Assembly (NCBI GenBank): GCA_030603665.1
Contig: JAUVXJ010000006.1
Coordinates: 54,781-118,780, forward strand
Reading direction: 5' to 3'
DNA length: 64,000 nucleotides
From: Chloroflexota bacterium
GTDB taxonomy: Bacteria; Chloroflexota; Anaerolineae; UBA7937; B3-Chlor
The position numbers were made by a program, and so were the translations under genes. This document shows, piece by piece, positions 10,194-20,285 of this stretch. The notes beneath the pieces were generated by a model, which saw only the letters and a list, made by a program, of their open reading frames with translations, did not search any database and was not told the DNA's origin. Within the stretch, counting starts at the first letter, position 1. Every line of letters starts with the position of its first letter.

Positions 10194-10886
10194 TTACGAC
10201 TCGGAAACGACTGCAGATGAATTGAATCCTTTAACTATAAGCCATACCGCAAATGCCATTTCTTGCACGGCTATTGGAAGGAATAGAATGTCTAGATTGA
10301 TGCCGATAAACTGCAACAAGTAGGTTGCGAACGACAATGCGGCTCCAATAAGACCCCAACCTGATAACCATCGAGGAATGAGTCTTGTTCTATACAGTAT
10401 GTAGTTTAGCATCAGAGCAGACAGGGACCAAACGAGTCCAGGCCCAATCATAAAGGCCCATTCACGTGCTGCTAGTAACAAGGTGCCTAAGGTTTGAAAA
10501 TAGGAAGCATCCGGAGCTCCTGCTTTCACAAACTCCTGACTTAATGTCAACAGTGTTAGTAGGATGATACTGCCAACAATAGTGCTAAGACCCTCAATGA
10601 ACCTGAGACTGAAGAACCCAAGAGCTAAGGCTTCATTATGCCTTTTCAAGATTGGGAACAGCATAATTGGAATGCCAATAACTGCAAGGGCCCAAATTAA
10701 CTCGATGAGCATTCCTGTCAACACTTGGTTTTCATTTGCAGAAACACTGACAAGATAATCCGGGATAGGTTCCCCTATGATTCCTCCTCCCAAGAATCCC
10801 AAAAAAGGGGCAGTCATTATGGGCGCTGCCGTCGCAACTATGAATAATACTCCCACAATTCTTGCGGTCTTCTTGTCTGAATTCAT
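10194..10886 (-). CDS. DUF4386-like membrane protein
   Basis: MNSDKKTARIVGVLFI start, RLIPRWLSGWGLIG and E...AVWLIVKGF end, multi-TM. Confidence 0.8.
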   Translation of the reverse strand: MNSDKKTARIVGVLFIVATAAPIMTAPFLGFLGGGIIGEPIPDYLVSVSANENQVLTGMLIELIWALAVIGIPIMLFPILKRHNEALALGFFSLRFIEGLSTIVGSIILLTLLTLSQEFVKAGAPDASYFQTLGTLLLAAREWAFMIGPGLVWSLSALMLNYILYRTRLIPRWLSGWGLIGAALSFATYLLQFIGINLDILFLPIAVQEMAFAVWLIVKGFNSSAVVSES

Positions 10887-10919
10887 TTCTTCTTCCCTTT
10901 GTTTCTGCTGTTTGGATTG

Positions 10920-10943
10920 TCCTGTGCAGTTACCTTGTTAGGT
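10920..10943 (-). repeat. attC left-half remnant
   Basis: ACCTAAC AAGGTAACTGCAC on the minus strand, overlapping the stop codon of the MDR remnant. Confidence 0.5.
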
Positions 10944-11249
10944 TCTGTTATTATGCTCCACAGTTATTACCACATTTCCCTTCTTGTGCCCCTTATCAAC
11001 ATAGCTATGAGCCTCGGCAATCTGTTCGAGCGGATAGCGTCTATCTATGACCGATCTTATCTTTCCCGCCTCAATAAGCTCTTTGAGGGAGATTAGATCT
11101 TCAGGACTTTCGGTTGACAGCGCACATATTGCTTTCTTGCCTCCTATTATTGAAGTCCTTAGCATTCGAACAAGCTGTCTCATCCCAAAGCCGGCGGGGG
11201 CAGAGATGAGGGTCAGTTTGCGATGCGATCCGTTCGCCGAGCATGTCAC
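10938..11249 (-). pseudogene. Chimeric remnant: MalT/LuxR-type P-loop fragment fused to the C-terminal ~80 aa of an MDR
   Basis: [13 protein letters not shown] followed by [31 protein letters not shown]; preceded by a GTTGAGT box at 11248-11254. Confidence 0.7.
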
Positions 11250-11316
11250 TCAACGGCCCAATGGTCGCTTCCTCCAGAGCGAGGCTACACTGCCGCGTGC
11301 AGTCCGTGGCCGTCAA

Positions 11317-11643
11317 TCACGGCCGGCTCTTGAAGGCTTCCATAAGTGCGGGATAGAAGCCGCTCAGCGCAGCCACAAGCACGGCTAGTTTCACCGCAGC
11401 GAGCCATGTCAGGTTTGCGCTAATCAGACCCTGAGCGACCGCTCCGGGGAACAGGTCGGGAACGACCCACGCCCACACGAACTTGAACACGACCACCGAA
11501 ATGACAAAGGTCACGGCGACGGCGATGAGGATGGCGATCCCTATTGGCACCCCTTCAGTCACCCGTCTTTCTACTTCTTCAGCCACCCGCTTTTCTACTT
11601 CTTCAGCCATCCGCTTCTCTGCTTCGTCTCTTGACTCCTCCAT
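11317..11643 (-). CDS. Small membrane protein with N-terminal coiled-coil (108 aa), copy 1
   Basis: AAGGAGG RBS; near-identical to 21435-21761; EKRxAEEV repeats and two TM segments. Confidence 0.8.
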   Translation of the reverse strand: MEESRDEAEKRMAEEVEKRVAEEVERRVTEGVPIGIAILIAVAVTFVISVVVFKFVWAWVVPDLFPGAVAQGLISANLTWLAAVKLAVLVAALSGFYPALMEAFKSRP

Positions 11644-11811
11644 TGTAGTATCCTCCTTCATTTGATCCATAATATGCTCTAGTTGTACTCCTTCTAGGCG
11701 GCAACTTACAATACACAAGCGCATCCTTGATTGCCTGCGGCATCCGTCGCAGCCTCTACCCAGGCCGCCCCCTCCTGCTCACAGCCCCCAGCCGCCATCC
11801 GCGTCGCTTTG

Positions 11812-12798
11812 TTAGGTTTTGTTGTTATGCTCCACAGTTATGACTACATTTCCCTTCTTGTGCCCTTTGTCGACATACCTGTGAGCCTCGGGGATTTGGT
11901 CCAACGGATAGCGTCTATCTATGACCGACTTCATCTTCCCCGCCTCAATAAGCTCTTTGAGGAAAACCAAATCTTCCGTCCTAGAGGACGACGTCCCAGC
12001 TATTACTTTCTTGCCGCTTGTCATTGAAGTCCATAGCTTCTGAAGAAGTGGCAGCCCAGGGCCAGCTACAACATAGATTCCTTCTTTCTTTAGCGATCCT
12101 ATACAACCTGAGAGCGAACCCTTGCCCACCACGTCAAGAATGACATCATGGGTCTCACCGCTCTTGGTGAAATCTTCTTGAGTGTAGTCAATGACCTGGT
12201 CTGCACCAATCGAGCGCAGCATGTCCAATTTCGCCGTGCTGTCCACGCCAGTCACTTCAGCCCCAAAGTACTTGCCAAGCTGTATCGCCATAGTACCTAT
12301 ACTTCCGCCCGCACCATTAATCAGAAGCCTTTGTCCGCTCTGGATATCTCCTCTTCTAAGAAAGAACAATGCTTCAAGCCCCCCAACAGGAACGGCGGCT
12401 TCTTCTTCATAGGTCATATTGGCCGGCTTTGTTGCCAGCGCCCCTTCCTCAGGCAGGCATTTGTACTCGGCATAAGAACCAAAACTCATCCCGGTAGGTC
12501 CAAAAACTCGGTCACCTTTCCTAAATAGTTTTACGTCTTTGCCTACTGCTTCAATTCCTCCGGCTAACTCCTGCCCTAGTATAGTTATTCTCTTGGGTCT
12601 TCTGAGACCATTGTATATCCGCATGGGGAGCGATAAGAAGAGAGGGGATTTGAGACCTCGCATCTCACAGTCCCCTGCTGTTACTGTTGTCGCATATATC
12701 CTTATCAGTACTTCATTGTCCTTGGGAGTAGGTTTTTCTACCTCTTCGAGCTGAAGACCATCCGGCGGTCCGTATTCTCTCCATACAATTGCTTTCAT
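11812..12798 (-). CDS. MDR family oxidoreductase, copy 2
   Basis: Same motifs (GAGGSIG); the stop codon forms ACCTAAC at 11811-11817. Confidence 0.9.
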   Translation of the reverse strand: MKAIVWREYGPPDGLQLEEVEKPTPKDNEVLIRIYATTVTAGDCEMRGLKSPLFLSLPMRIYNGLRRPKRITILGQELAGGIEAVGKDVKLFRKGDRVFGPTGMSFGSYAEYKCLPEEGALATKPANMTYEEEAAVPVGGLEALFFLRRGDIQSGQRLLINGAGGSIGTMAIQLGKYFGAEVTGVDSTAKLDMLRSIGADQVIDYTQEDFTKSGETHDVILDVVGKGSLSGCIGSLKKEGIYVVAGPGLPLLQKLWTSMTSGKKVIAGTSSSRTEDLVFLKELIEAGKMKSVIDRRYPLDQIPEAHRYVDKGHKKGNVVITVEHNNKT

Positions 12799-12874
12799 AG
12801 GTATTCCTCGACAGTTGCCTTGATCCGGTCATTTTGCGTGTAGTTCACCACAATCTATTCTATTGGTCTGCAAA

Positions 12875-12981
12875 GCCTAACGGTCGTGGCATAAGCGGCG
12901 CCCCACACATCTACATTAACCTCAGCTTCTCTCGGAGCGCATGCTATGCTCCTCCGCGTCCGCTTGATGCCATTGTTAGAC
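12875..12981 (-). repeat. Intact attC site (107 bp)
   Basis: Minus strand GTCTAAC AA TGGCATCAAGCGGACGCG ... GCGCCGCTTATGCCACGACC GTTAGGC; paired arms with the typical single unpaired base (GCATCAAGC vs GCTTATGC), which orients the site with the genes. Confidence 0.9.
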
Positions 12982-13044
12982 GGCTCATTGACCGATGATC
13001 TCAGGTTGCTCCAATACTCCCTAAGCTCAAAAGGTTCCTAAGCT

Positions 13045-13740
13045 CTAACTTACCGTATTGTTAGCTAGCGCCGAGGGCGCCTGGCAGCCAACAATCGCCG
13101 GGGCCTCGTGGATGAGCTCGTCATTCTCGAGAGCCTCCACCATGAACAGGGCAAAGTCCACGCGGCGCGTGATGTTGCTCTCCAGGATGGGGTCGCCCAC
13201 GTGCCTGCTCCACACCGGTAGGCCCTGGCTCTCACCCTCTTCGAGGTCGCTCCCACGCACGACCGTCCACAGGGTGTCGCTGGCAAACACCCGCCGGCAC
13301 GCTTCCACCTGATCGTCGATGTCCACGGCGCGAGCTAGCCGCCCGAGCCAGCCGAAGGCTTTCACGACCGCTCTGGAGGTCCACGAGTAGACGTCCTGGC
13401 CGTCCATCGTAATATGCCAGCCGCAAGAGAATATGAGGCGCGCGTCCGGGCGCGCGTGGTCGAGTACCGCCTGGGCCGTTCCCGACGAGTACTGGTGAAC
13501 GCCCCAAGGTACCAGCACGGTGAGCACCCCGTCACACCCGGCGACCGCCTTCTTGATGGCCTCGCGGTCGTTCGTCGCTCCGGGAATGACGGTGATGCGC
13601 CCCTTGAACGCGTCGAGTTTGCCTACGCTGCGCTCCCGACAAACGCCAACCACCTCGTAGCCCCGATCCAGCGCGTGCTGCACCATGTACTGCCCGAGCT
13701 TCCCCGATGCCCCCACGATACAGACCTTCTTCATATTCAT
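13045..13740 (-). CDS. NAD(P)H-binding oxidoreductase (atypical SDR / flavin reductase-like)
   Basis: KKVCIVGASGKLG Rossmann motif, WTVVRG and TRRVDFALFM; higher GC than its neighbours. Confidence 0.8.
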   Translation of the reverse strand: MNMKKVCIVGASGKLGQYMVQHALDRGYEVVGVCRERSVGKLDAFKGRITVIPGATNDREAIKKAVAGCDGVLTVLVPWGVHQYSSGTAQAVLDHARPDARLIFSCGWHITMDGQDVYSWTSRAVVKAFGWLGRLARAVDIDDQVEACRRVFASDTLWTVVRGSDLEEGESQGLPVWSRHVGDPILESNITRRVDFALFMVEALENDELIHEAPAIVGCQAPSALANNTVS

Positions 13741-13907
13741 CCTCTCGCGTCCTCTAGCTATGCGGCCATGGTTGTGGCGCGTGATCCGAGGGCTCCAATG
13801 GCGGGCGCCAAGATCCACCCTAGTCTTACAGCTCTTGTGAAGACAGTACTTGAAGAAGACATCTTACCTGGTCGCTATCTTAACCAACTATCCCGATTCG
13901 CAGTGGC

Positions 13908-14038
13908 AGATAACGGCCAAGCTCACCGGGCACGCGGCACAACGGGTTCAACGATTGAACAGCCAGAAGACCGAGGTGAAGGGGAATACGTCGAAAAGCC
14001 GAAAGACGAGCGTGCTCCGGTGCAACGCCTTGCTATGC
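13908..14038 (-). repeat. attC site with variant AGC inverse core
   Basis: Minus strand GCATAGC AAGGCGTTGCACCGGAGCACGC ... GCGTGCCCGGTGAGCTTGGCC GTTATCT. Confidence 0.82.
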
Positions 14039-14080
14039 GTCCGTTGCGGGGGATTCGACGTGAGTCCACTGTATCCCCAC

Positions 14081-14452
14081 TTAAACGTGCTGATCGACAA
14101 GAATTGGGTTCCCATCGGGGTCGACAGCGACAAAGCTCGCCGGTCCTGTGGTTGTCTCGTCGGCTTCGGTCACTAGCTGCACACCTTGCGCTTTCAACTG
14201 GCGCTGTAGATCACGAACGTCGGTGAATGTATCGAGCTTGCTTGCGTTGCTGTCCCAGCCCGGATTGAAGGTTAACATGTTCTTTTCGAACATGTCCTGA
14301 AAAAGACCGATTGCGTGATCGCCGTTCTTTAGAATTAGCCAGTTCTGTGAGGCATCTCCGCCGAAGACGCTGAAGCCAAACTTCTCGTAGAAAGCCCTCG
14401 AAGCTTCGATGTCTTTGACAGCCAAGCTGATCGAGAATGTACCGAGTTCCAT
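14081..14452 (-). CDS. VOC/glyoxalase family protein (complete single-gene cassette)
   Basis: [19 protein letters not shown] and GPASF...[12 protein letters not shown]; flanked by attC sites on both sides. Confidence 0.88.
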   Translation of the reverse strand: MELGTFSISLAVKDIEASRAFYEKFGFSVFGGDASQNWLILKNGDHAIGLFQDMFEKNMLTFNPGWDSNASKLDTFTDVRDLQRQLKAQGVQLVTEADETTTGPASFVAVDPDGNPILVDQHV

Positions 14453-14491
14453 GATTCCCTCCCTTGGAAGACAACTCTGCCGGCGTCAGAC

Positions 14492-14584
14492 GCATAGCGG
14501 TCGGCGCTTAACCGGCGGCGTTCCTTGGCAGCTCTATTTCGCATGGTAGAGCTATAGCCGTCCGCGTTGGAGCGCTTGTTAGGC
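14492..14584 (-). repeat. attC site with variant GCT core
   Basis: Minus strand GCCTAAC AAGCGCTCCAACGCGGACGGC ... GCCGCCGGTTAAGCGCCGACC GCTATGC. Confidence 0.82.
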
Positions 14585-14692
14585 TTTGCTTTCATGTGCC
14601 AACGTGATTACTACGTGTCCCTTCTTGTGCCCCTTGTCGGCATACCTGTGAGCCTCGGCAATATGTTCAAAGGGATAGCGTCGATCAGCGAC
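14579..14692 (-). pseudogene. 3' remnant of an MDR gene
   Basis: [37 protein letters not shown], ending in GCCTAAC. Confidence 0.75.
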
Positions 14693-14727
14693 CGTCCGAC
14701 GGTGGCTCGAGCGCTACGGCTCCCTGA

Positions 14728-14913
14728 TTACGAGGTTTCCTTCAGCAGGTCCACCACCAGCCAGCAAGCTGCGCCGACCGCTAGAAAGCAGACCGCCTGG
14801 GGTGTGTCAGAGCTCCTGTACTGCTCGCGCCCCTCCTCCGTGCTCAGATCCGCCCCCGTCAATTCGCGGCACTTGATGGTCTCCATCTCGGCCTCGAAGC
14901 GGCGACGAAACAC
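14728..14913 (-). pseudogene. C-terminal fragment of a C-GCAxxG-C-C family putative redox protein
   Basis: RRFEAEMETIKCRELTGADLSTEEGR...C pattern; the N-terminal half is absent. Confidence 0.55.
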
Positions 14914-14965
14914 ATGTGAGAGAAAGACGAACAGGGCGGAGCCACCAGACGAGAATCCGCGGCCT

Positions 14966-15451
14966 CTACGTAGTTTCCCGCTTGGCTGTAAGGCTTCTTA
15001 TCAGTCTTACGAGCAGAACTAGTGCACTTACCCCATAGATAACCGCCATGAGGATCAAGAAGACGGTTACCACTCTTGGCACAACATCGACCGCAGTAGC
15101 ATTCGGTATTACACTGAAATCAAAGGGGAATATGAATAGTAGCGATCCGACCACAGCGATACCGATGATGATAATTATCAGCTGAGCTGTCGTGCGAAAC
15201 CAGTATCTATCGTAAAAAATCATTACAGTATAAGCTACTATGGCTAGAATTGATGCTGTAATCGGAATAGGAAGCCAAGTGAAATAGTCGTTAGTTAGCA
15301 TCGATAGTCGGGTAACACTTCCATCTGGTATGGTGGTGTACCATGCAAAATACTTATAGAAGACGGTAATAAGGATGAGATTACCCACAGTCACGAGGAT
15401 CATAAAAATGTGGCTGCTAATTTCACTCCTACTCTGGGGTGATGATTCCAT
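14966..15451 (-). CDS. Hypothetical 4-TM membrane protein
   Basis: AAGGAGG RBS, 161 aa, four hydrophobic helices, AT-rich. Confidence 0.65.
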   Translation of the reverse strand: MESSPQSRSEISSHIFMILVTVGNLILITVFYKYFAWYTTIPDGSVTRLSMLTNDYFTWLPIPITASILAIVAYTVMIFYDRYWFRTTAQLIIIIIGIAVVGSLLFIFPFDFSVIPNATAVDVVPRVVTVFLILMAVIYGVSALVLLVRLIRSLTAKRETT

Positions 15452-15679
15452 GCGTTTCCTCCTTGCCTTAAAGGATAAAGATACCGTTCATAGGAATCAG
15501 GATAATGCTAGAGCTCAATAAGGTTGTATTATATCTCAAATTGCCATCTAGGTAAATAGTCATTTCCTGTGAAAACCCCAATAGATTACGAACAATCGAA
15601 ACCACACTTACAGAAAAGCGGCACGCAGTGATTGAATCTCTGGGGCCCCGTCGTGTTTCCGTCAACTCCAAGAAAGGTG

Positions 15680-16591
15680 TCACCCTACCACAGTTATGAC
15701 GACATTTCCCTTCTTGTGTCCTTTGTCGACATACCTGTGAGCCTCGACGATCTGTTCCAACGGATAACGTCTATCTATGACCGCTTCTAGCTTTCCCGCC
15801 TCAACAAGCTCTTTGAGGAAGACCAGATCTTCAGTCTGCTCTTCGAAGCCTGAACCCCATACGGAAAGATAGTCACCTCCTTGTGTTAGCGAGCCTTTAC
15901 TCTGTGAAGACGAAATCTTGTTTACTGCGTCAAGAATAACATCGTAAGTCTCACCGCTTTGGGTAAAATCCTCTTCTGTGTAATCAATTACCTTGTCGGC
16001 TCCCAGAGATTTCACCCACCCTAGATTCGTGGTACTGCATACCCCGGTGACTTCTGCCCCAAAGTACTTGGCAAGCTGTACCGCATAGGTGCCTACACTT
16101 CCAGAAGCCCCATAGATCAGGACTTTCTGTCCGCTCTGGATATTCGCTTTTCTAATGAAAGACAATGCTGTAAGTCCCCCAATAGGAACGGCGGCGGCTT
16201 CCTCATAGGTCATATTGACGGGCCTTATTACCAGCACCCCGTCTTCAGGCAGACATATGTACTCGGCATAAGCACCCCCCCCAGAACCGGTAGGTCCACA
16301 AACTTGGTCACCTTTCTTAAACAGCCTCACATCTTTGCCTACCGCTTCAATCTCCCCGGCCAACTCATGCCCTAGTATTTCTTTTCTTGGTTTTCCAAAA
16401 CCCCATAATAATCGCAGGGGGAGCTGGAACAAGAGAGGGACTTTGAGACTTCGAATTCTCACATCCGCTGCTGCTACAGTTGCCGCATAAATCCTTACAA
16501 GTACTTCATTGTCCTTGGGAGTAGGCTTCTCTACCTCTTTGAGCTGAAGAACCTCCGGTGGTCCGTATTTCGTGCAAACAATCGCCTTCAT
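15680..16591 (-). CDS. MDR family oxidoreductase, copy 3 (short C-terminal variable region)
   Basis: [22 protein letters not shown]; GAGGAG RBS. Confidence 0.9.
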   Translation of the reverse strand: MKAIVCTKYGPPEVLQLKEVEKPTPKDNEVLVRIYAATVAAADVRIRSLKVPLLFQLPLRLLWGFGKPRKEILGHELAGEIEAVGKDVRLFKKGDQVCGPTGSGGGAYAEYICLPEDGVLVIRPVNMTYEEAAAVPIGGLTALSFIRKANIQSGQKVLIYGASGSVGTYAVQLAKYFGAEVTGVCSTTNLGWVKSLGADKVIDYTEEDFTQSGETYDVILDAVNKISSSQSKGSLTQGGDYLSVWGSGFEEQTEDLVFLKELVEAGKLEAVIDRRYPLEQIVEAHRYVDKGHKKGNVVITVVG

Positions 16592-16651
16592 CATACTCCT
16601 CAAGAATCGCCTAAGTGTAGCTCATCACAATCTATGCTATGAATCTGCAAG

Positions 16652-16778
16652 ACCAAGCGACCAAGCTCACCTGCCGCTATGAAGCACAGCGGAATAGCGG
16701 TCGGGTGGTCCCTCCTGAGCGAAGTCGAAGGGCAGCGCCTTGACAAAGTACCCCGTGCCGGCATGTCCGCTGTTAGGT
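16652..16778 (-). repeat. attC site interrupted by two small insertions
   Basis: ACCTAAC..[insert]..AAGGCGCTG[CCCTTCGACTTCGCTCAGGAGGGAC]CACCCGACCGCTATTCCGCTGTGCTTCATAGCGGCAGGTGAGCTTGGTC GCTTGGT. Confidence 0.75.
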
Positions 16779-16863
16779 AGGAGAGTCCCCTTGGGGATGC
16801 GCGCGTGTCTGGGCGCGATCACTGGCGGCCGCCGTCCTGCCGACCCGTTTTCGGAGACCCTGA

Positions 16864-17880
16864 CTACGCGCTGGTAACGAGAACCACCTTGCCCGCGTAT
16901 CCGCCGCGCTCGAGTAGTTCGTGAGCACGAGCGGCCTCAGCCAACGGGAAACGCTCCGCCACGACCGGCTTGATACTGCCTGCCGCCAGTAGGTCGAGGA
17001 GTTCCGTCAGCGTTTCGCGGTACCAGGCGTTGTCCTTATCGAGATCCGGGGTCAAAGGCGCCGACTTGCCGTCCGGAATGAGTGCCAGCAGAGTCCGCAT
17101 CAGCAGGGTGAAGGGAATGACGCGCAGCCCCTCCTTCTTCGTGGCGGCCACACCGAACCACACCAACCGCCCGCCTTTGCGCAGGACCTGGTACGAGCGC
17201 CAGAGTTGCCTCGCGCCGCCGATGGGGTCGAACACGGCATCCACCCCGTCGCCGGTAAGACCACGGATCCGCTCGACGAAGTCCTCGGTGCGGTAGTCGA
17301 TCGGCGTGGCTCCGAGTGCGGACACGAGTTCGTGATTGTACTTGGACGCCGTGCCGTACATCTTGAGCTCTGCCAGCTTGCCAAGCCCGAGCAGAGCGGT
17401 CCCTACGCCTCCCGCCGCACCGTGGACGAGGATGCGCTCGCCGCTCCGGTTCTTGGAGGTTCGGTGCATGGCCATGTGGGCGGTGAGGTAGTTCACCACC
17501 ATGCAGACAGCTTCGGCAGGATCCACACCCGAGGGGACGGGCACCAACTCGCTGGCGGGCAGGCAGATGAACTCCGTGTAGCCGCCACCGGCGCCAAGTG
17601 AGAAGGTCGCGCCGGCAACCATCTGCCCCAGCTCGACGGTCGACACCTCCTCGCCCAACTTGTCCACCACGCCAGCGACGTCCTCGCCCAGGGTGAACGG
17701 CACGCTCGGAGTCCCGGGGAGCGAACCTGAACGTCGGAACATGAGATCGTAGCCGGAGATTCCGGCGGCCAGGACCTTCACCCGAACCTCGCCCGCCTGG
17801 GGTTCAGGGAGATCCTCTTCCACCACCTGCAACACGTCCGGCCCCCCATGCTGCGTAACGACGACGCGATGATGTTTCAT
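16864..17880 (-). CDS. MDR family oxidoreductase, second subfamily (MKHHRVVV type), copy 4
   Basis: GGPDVLQVVE, NYLTA, HGAAGGVG, GKVVLV; GC-rich; paralogue of 26598-27644. Confidence 0.9.
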   Translation of the reverse strand: MKHHRVVVTQHGGPDVLQVVEEDLPEPQAGEVRVKVLAAGISGYDLMFRRSGSLPGTPSVPFTLGEDVAGVVDKLGEEVSTVELGQMVAGATFSLGAGGGYTEFICLPASELVPVPSGVDPAEAVCMVVNYLTAHMAMHRTSKNRSGERILVHGAAGGVGTALLGLGKLAELKMYGTASKYNHELVSALGATPIDYRTEDFVERIRGLTGDGVDAVFDPIGGARQLWRSYQVLRKGGRLVWFGVAATKKEGLRVIPFTLLMRTLLALIPDGKSAPLTPDLDKDNAWYRETLTELLDLLAAGSIKPVVAERFPLAEAARAHELLERGGYAGKVVLVTSA

Positions 17881-17978
17881 GCCAGCACCTCCTTGTCTTT
17901 GGCTCTCGGCTTGCCGGTGCCCTGGAGTTCCAGGACACCATCAGGTGACCCGTAGTTGTGATAGACGATTGCTTTCAT
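17877..17978 (-). pseudogene. 33-codon 5' remnant of an MDR gene, translationally coupled to the downstream MDR
   Basis: MKAIVYHNYGSPDGVLELQGTGKPRAKDKEVLA*; its TGA overlaps ATG 17880. Confidence 0.75.
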
Positions 17979-18030
17979 CTGGGCCTTCCTTCTTGTTTGA
18001 ATGATCGCGAGGTTTCGGCGGTACGGATTG

Positions 18031-19029
18031 TCACTTGATAGTATGCTCCACAGTTATGACTACGTGTCCCTTTTTGTGCCCTGTTTCGACATACCTGTGA
18101 GCCTCGGGGACCTGGTCCAGCGGATAGCGTCTATCTATGACCGATTTCATCTCTCCCGCCTCAATAAGCTCCTTGAAGAAGATCAAGTCTTCAGTCTTTG
18201 GTTTTGCTGCCCCGAACATCACCTTCTTGCTGCTTGTCATTGAAGTCCATCGCCCCCGAACGAATTGTGCCGGCGCGGGGTTAGCTATAAGATAGCGTCC
18301 GTTTTGTTTCAGCGATCTTATGCTACCTGAAAACGAACTCTTGCTTACCACGTCAAGAACAAAATCATAGGTCTCACCGCTTTTGGTGAAATCTTCTTGA
18401 GTGTAATCAATGACCTGGTCTGCACTAATGGAGCGCAGCATGTCCAATTTCCCCGTGCTGTCCACGCCAGTCACTTCAGCCCCAAAGTACTTGGCAAGCT
18501 GGACCGCGAAAGTACCTATCGTTCCACCCGCACCATTGATCAGAACCCTTTGTCCGCTCTGGATACTTCCTTGTCTAAGAAAACACAATGCTTCATGTCC
18601 CCCAACAGGAACGGCGGCTGCTTCCTCATAGGTCATATTGGCCGGTTTTATGGCCAGTGCCCCTCCTTCAGGTTCTTCAGGCAGACATATGTACTCAGCA
18701 CAAGCACCCATACCAACAAAACCGGTAGCTGCAAAAACTTGGTCACCTTTGCTAAATCGCTTCACATCTTTGCCTACTGATTCAATTTCCCCGGCCAACT
18801 CCATCCCTAGTACAGTTACTCTCGTTGGTCTCTTGAGACCCACATATGCCCGCATGGGGAGCGCGTACCAGAATGGCAACTTGAGACTTCGTTGTTCACA
18901 GTCCCCGGCTGTTACTGTTGTCGCACGTATTCTGATCAGTACTTCGTTGTCCTTGGGAGTAGGTTTTTCCACCTCTCTGAGCTGAAGAACATCCGGTGGT
19001 CCGTATGCTGTCCAGACAATCGCTTTCAC
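18031..19029 (-). CDS. MDR family oxidoreductase, copy 5
   Basis: GTG start with GGAGGAG RBS; same motif set. Confidence 0.9.
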   Translation of the reverse strand: MKAIVWTAYGPPDVLQLREVEKPTPKDNEVLIRIRATTVTAGDCEQRSLKLPFWYALPMRAYVGLKRPTRVTVLGMELAGEIESVGKDVKRFSKGDQVFAATGFVGMGACAEYICLPEEPEGGALAIKPANMTYEEAAAVPVGGHEALCFLRQGSIQSGQRVLINGAGGTIGTFAVQLAKYFGAEVTGVDSTGKLDMLRSISADQVIDYTQEDFTKSGETYDFVLDVVSKSSFSGSIRSLKQNGRYLIANPAPAQFVRGRWTSMTSSKKVMFGAAKPKTEDLIFFKELIEAGEMKSVIDRRYPLDQVPEAHRYVETGHKKGHVVITVEHTIK

Positions 19030-19033
19030 GCAT

Positions 19034-19083
19034 CTCCTCCAAGATTGCGCGGCCTATTGGTTGGGTCTGGCGCTTTGCCAGGT
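19034..19083 (-). repeat. Fused attC-half/RBS spacer (other copies 22808-22858, 26263-26313)
   Basis: Minus strand ACCT(GG/GA/AG)C..GC..(C/T)CCAACC.ATA.G..GCGCAATCT(T/C)GGAGGA, directly joining consecutive MDR genes. Confidence 0.7.
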
Positions 19084-20079
19084 CTTGCTGTTATGTTCCA
19101 CAGTGATGACTACATTTCCCTTCTTGCCCCCCCTTTCGACATACCTGTGAGCCTCGGCCATTTGCTCCAAGGGATAGCTTCTATCTATGACCGTTCTTAT
19201 CTTTCCCGCCTCGATAAGCTCTTTGAGGAAGACCAAATCTTCAGTTCCATAGGTTACATTCCCAACTATGGCTTTCTTGCTACCTCTGCTGGAAGTCCCT
19301 CCCCCTCGAAACATCTGCGACAGCCCAGGGTTAGCTGAAAGATAGCGTCCATTTTCCTTTAGCGCTCCTATACAACCTGAAAACGAGCTCACTCCTACCA
19401 CGTCAAAGATGACATCATAGGCCTCACCGGTCTTGGTGAAATCTTCTTGAGTGTAGTCAATGACCTGGTCTGCACCAATGGAGCGCAGCATGTCCAGTTT
19501 CCCCGTGCTGTCCACGGCAGTCACTTCAGCCCCAAAGTGCTTGGCAAGCTGTATCGCTATAGTACCTATACTTCCACCCGCACCATTAATCAGAAGCCTT
19601 TGTCCGCTCTGGACGTTTCCTTTTCTAAGATGATGCAATGCCTCAAGTCCCCCAAGGGGAACGGCGGCGGCTTCCTCATAGGTCATAATGGCCGGCTTCA
19701 TTGCCAGCAGCCCTTCAATCCCTTCAGGTTCTTCGGCCAGACATATGTACTCAGCATAAGCGCCCATACCAAAACCGGTATGTGCAAAGACTTGGTCACC
19801 TTCTTTGAACAGCTTCACATCTTTGCCTACTGATTCAATCTCCCCGGCCAACTCTTGCCCCAGTATCTTTCTCCTTGGTCCTCTGAGACCAAAGCCCATT
19901 CGCATGAGGAGCTGCAACATGAGAGGCTGCTTGAGACCTCGGAGTTCACAGTCCCCTGCTGTTACTGTTGTCGCATCTATTCTTATCAGTATTTCATTGT
20001 CCTTCGGGATAGGTTCTTCTACCTCTCTCAGTTCAAGAACGTCCGGTGATCCCCATTTGGTGCAGATGATCGCCTTCAT
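19054..20079 (-). CDS. MDR family oxidoreductase, copy 6 (stop lost, reads into attC remnant)
   Basis: Same motifs; ends EHNSKTWQSARPNQ, with TGG where paralogues have the stop codon. Confidence 0.9.
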   Translation of the reverse strand: MKAIICTKWGSPDVLELREVEEPIPKDNEILIRIDATTVTAGDCELRGLKQPLMLQLLMRMGFGLRGPRRKILGQELAGEIESVGKDVKLFKEGDQVFAHTGFGMGAYAEYICLAEEPEGIEGLLAMKPAIMTYEEAAAVPLGGLEALHHLRKGNVQSGQRLLINGAGGSIGTIAIQLAKHFGAEVTAVDSTGKLDMLRSIGADQVIDYTQEDFTKTGEAYDVIFDVVGVSSFSGCIGALKENGRYLSANPGLSQMFRGGGTSSRGSKKAIVGNVTYGTEDLVFLKELIEAGKIRTVIDRSYPLEQMAEAHRYVERGGKKGNVVITVEHNSKTWQSARPNQ

Positions 20080-20155
20080 GGTTTCCTCTCCAAGGTTGCC
20101 TTGATCCGGTCATTTTGCGTGTAGTTCACCATAACCTGGCCTGTAAGTCTGCCAA

Positions 20156-20285
20156 ACCTATCCACTTGGATTCAGTTGCGGCGGAGGTCTGCAAAAAGGC
20201 ATCCCACTAACCAAGACCCGCCGCAACCCAGAAACACTAATGGGAACCACAGCTCCCGGCCGTCAACTGTAACGCTTTGCTAGGT
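20156..20285 (-). repeat. Degenerate attC site
   Basis: ACCTAGC AAAGCGTTACAGTTGACGGC ... CCGCCGCAACTGAATCCAAGTG GATAGGT. Confidence 0.7.

Noticed and set aside
13414-14226. 270-aa plus-strand ORF
   Set aside because: Runs antisense across two real genes and an attC site.
15468-15683. 71-aa AT-rich ORF after MDR copy 3
   Set aside because: No recognisable motif; possibly a gene scrap, but not supportable.
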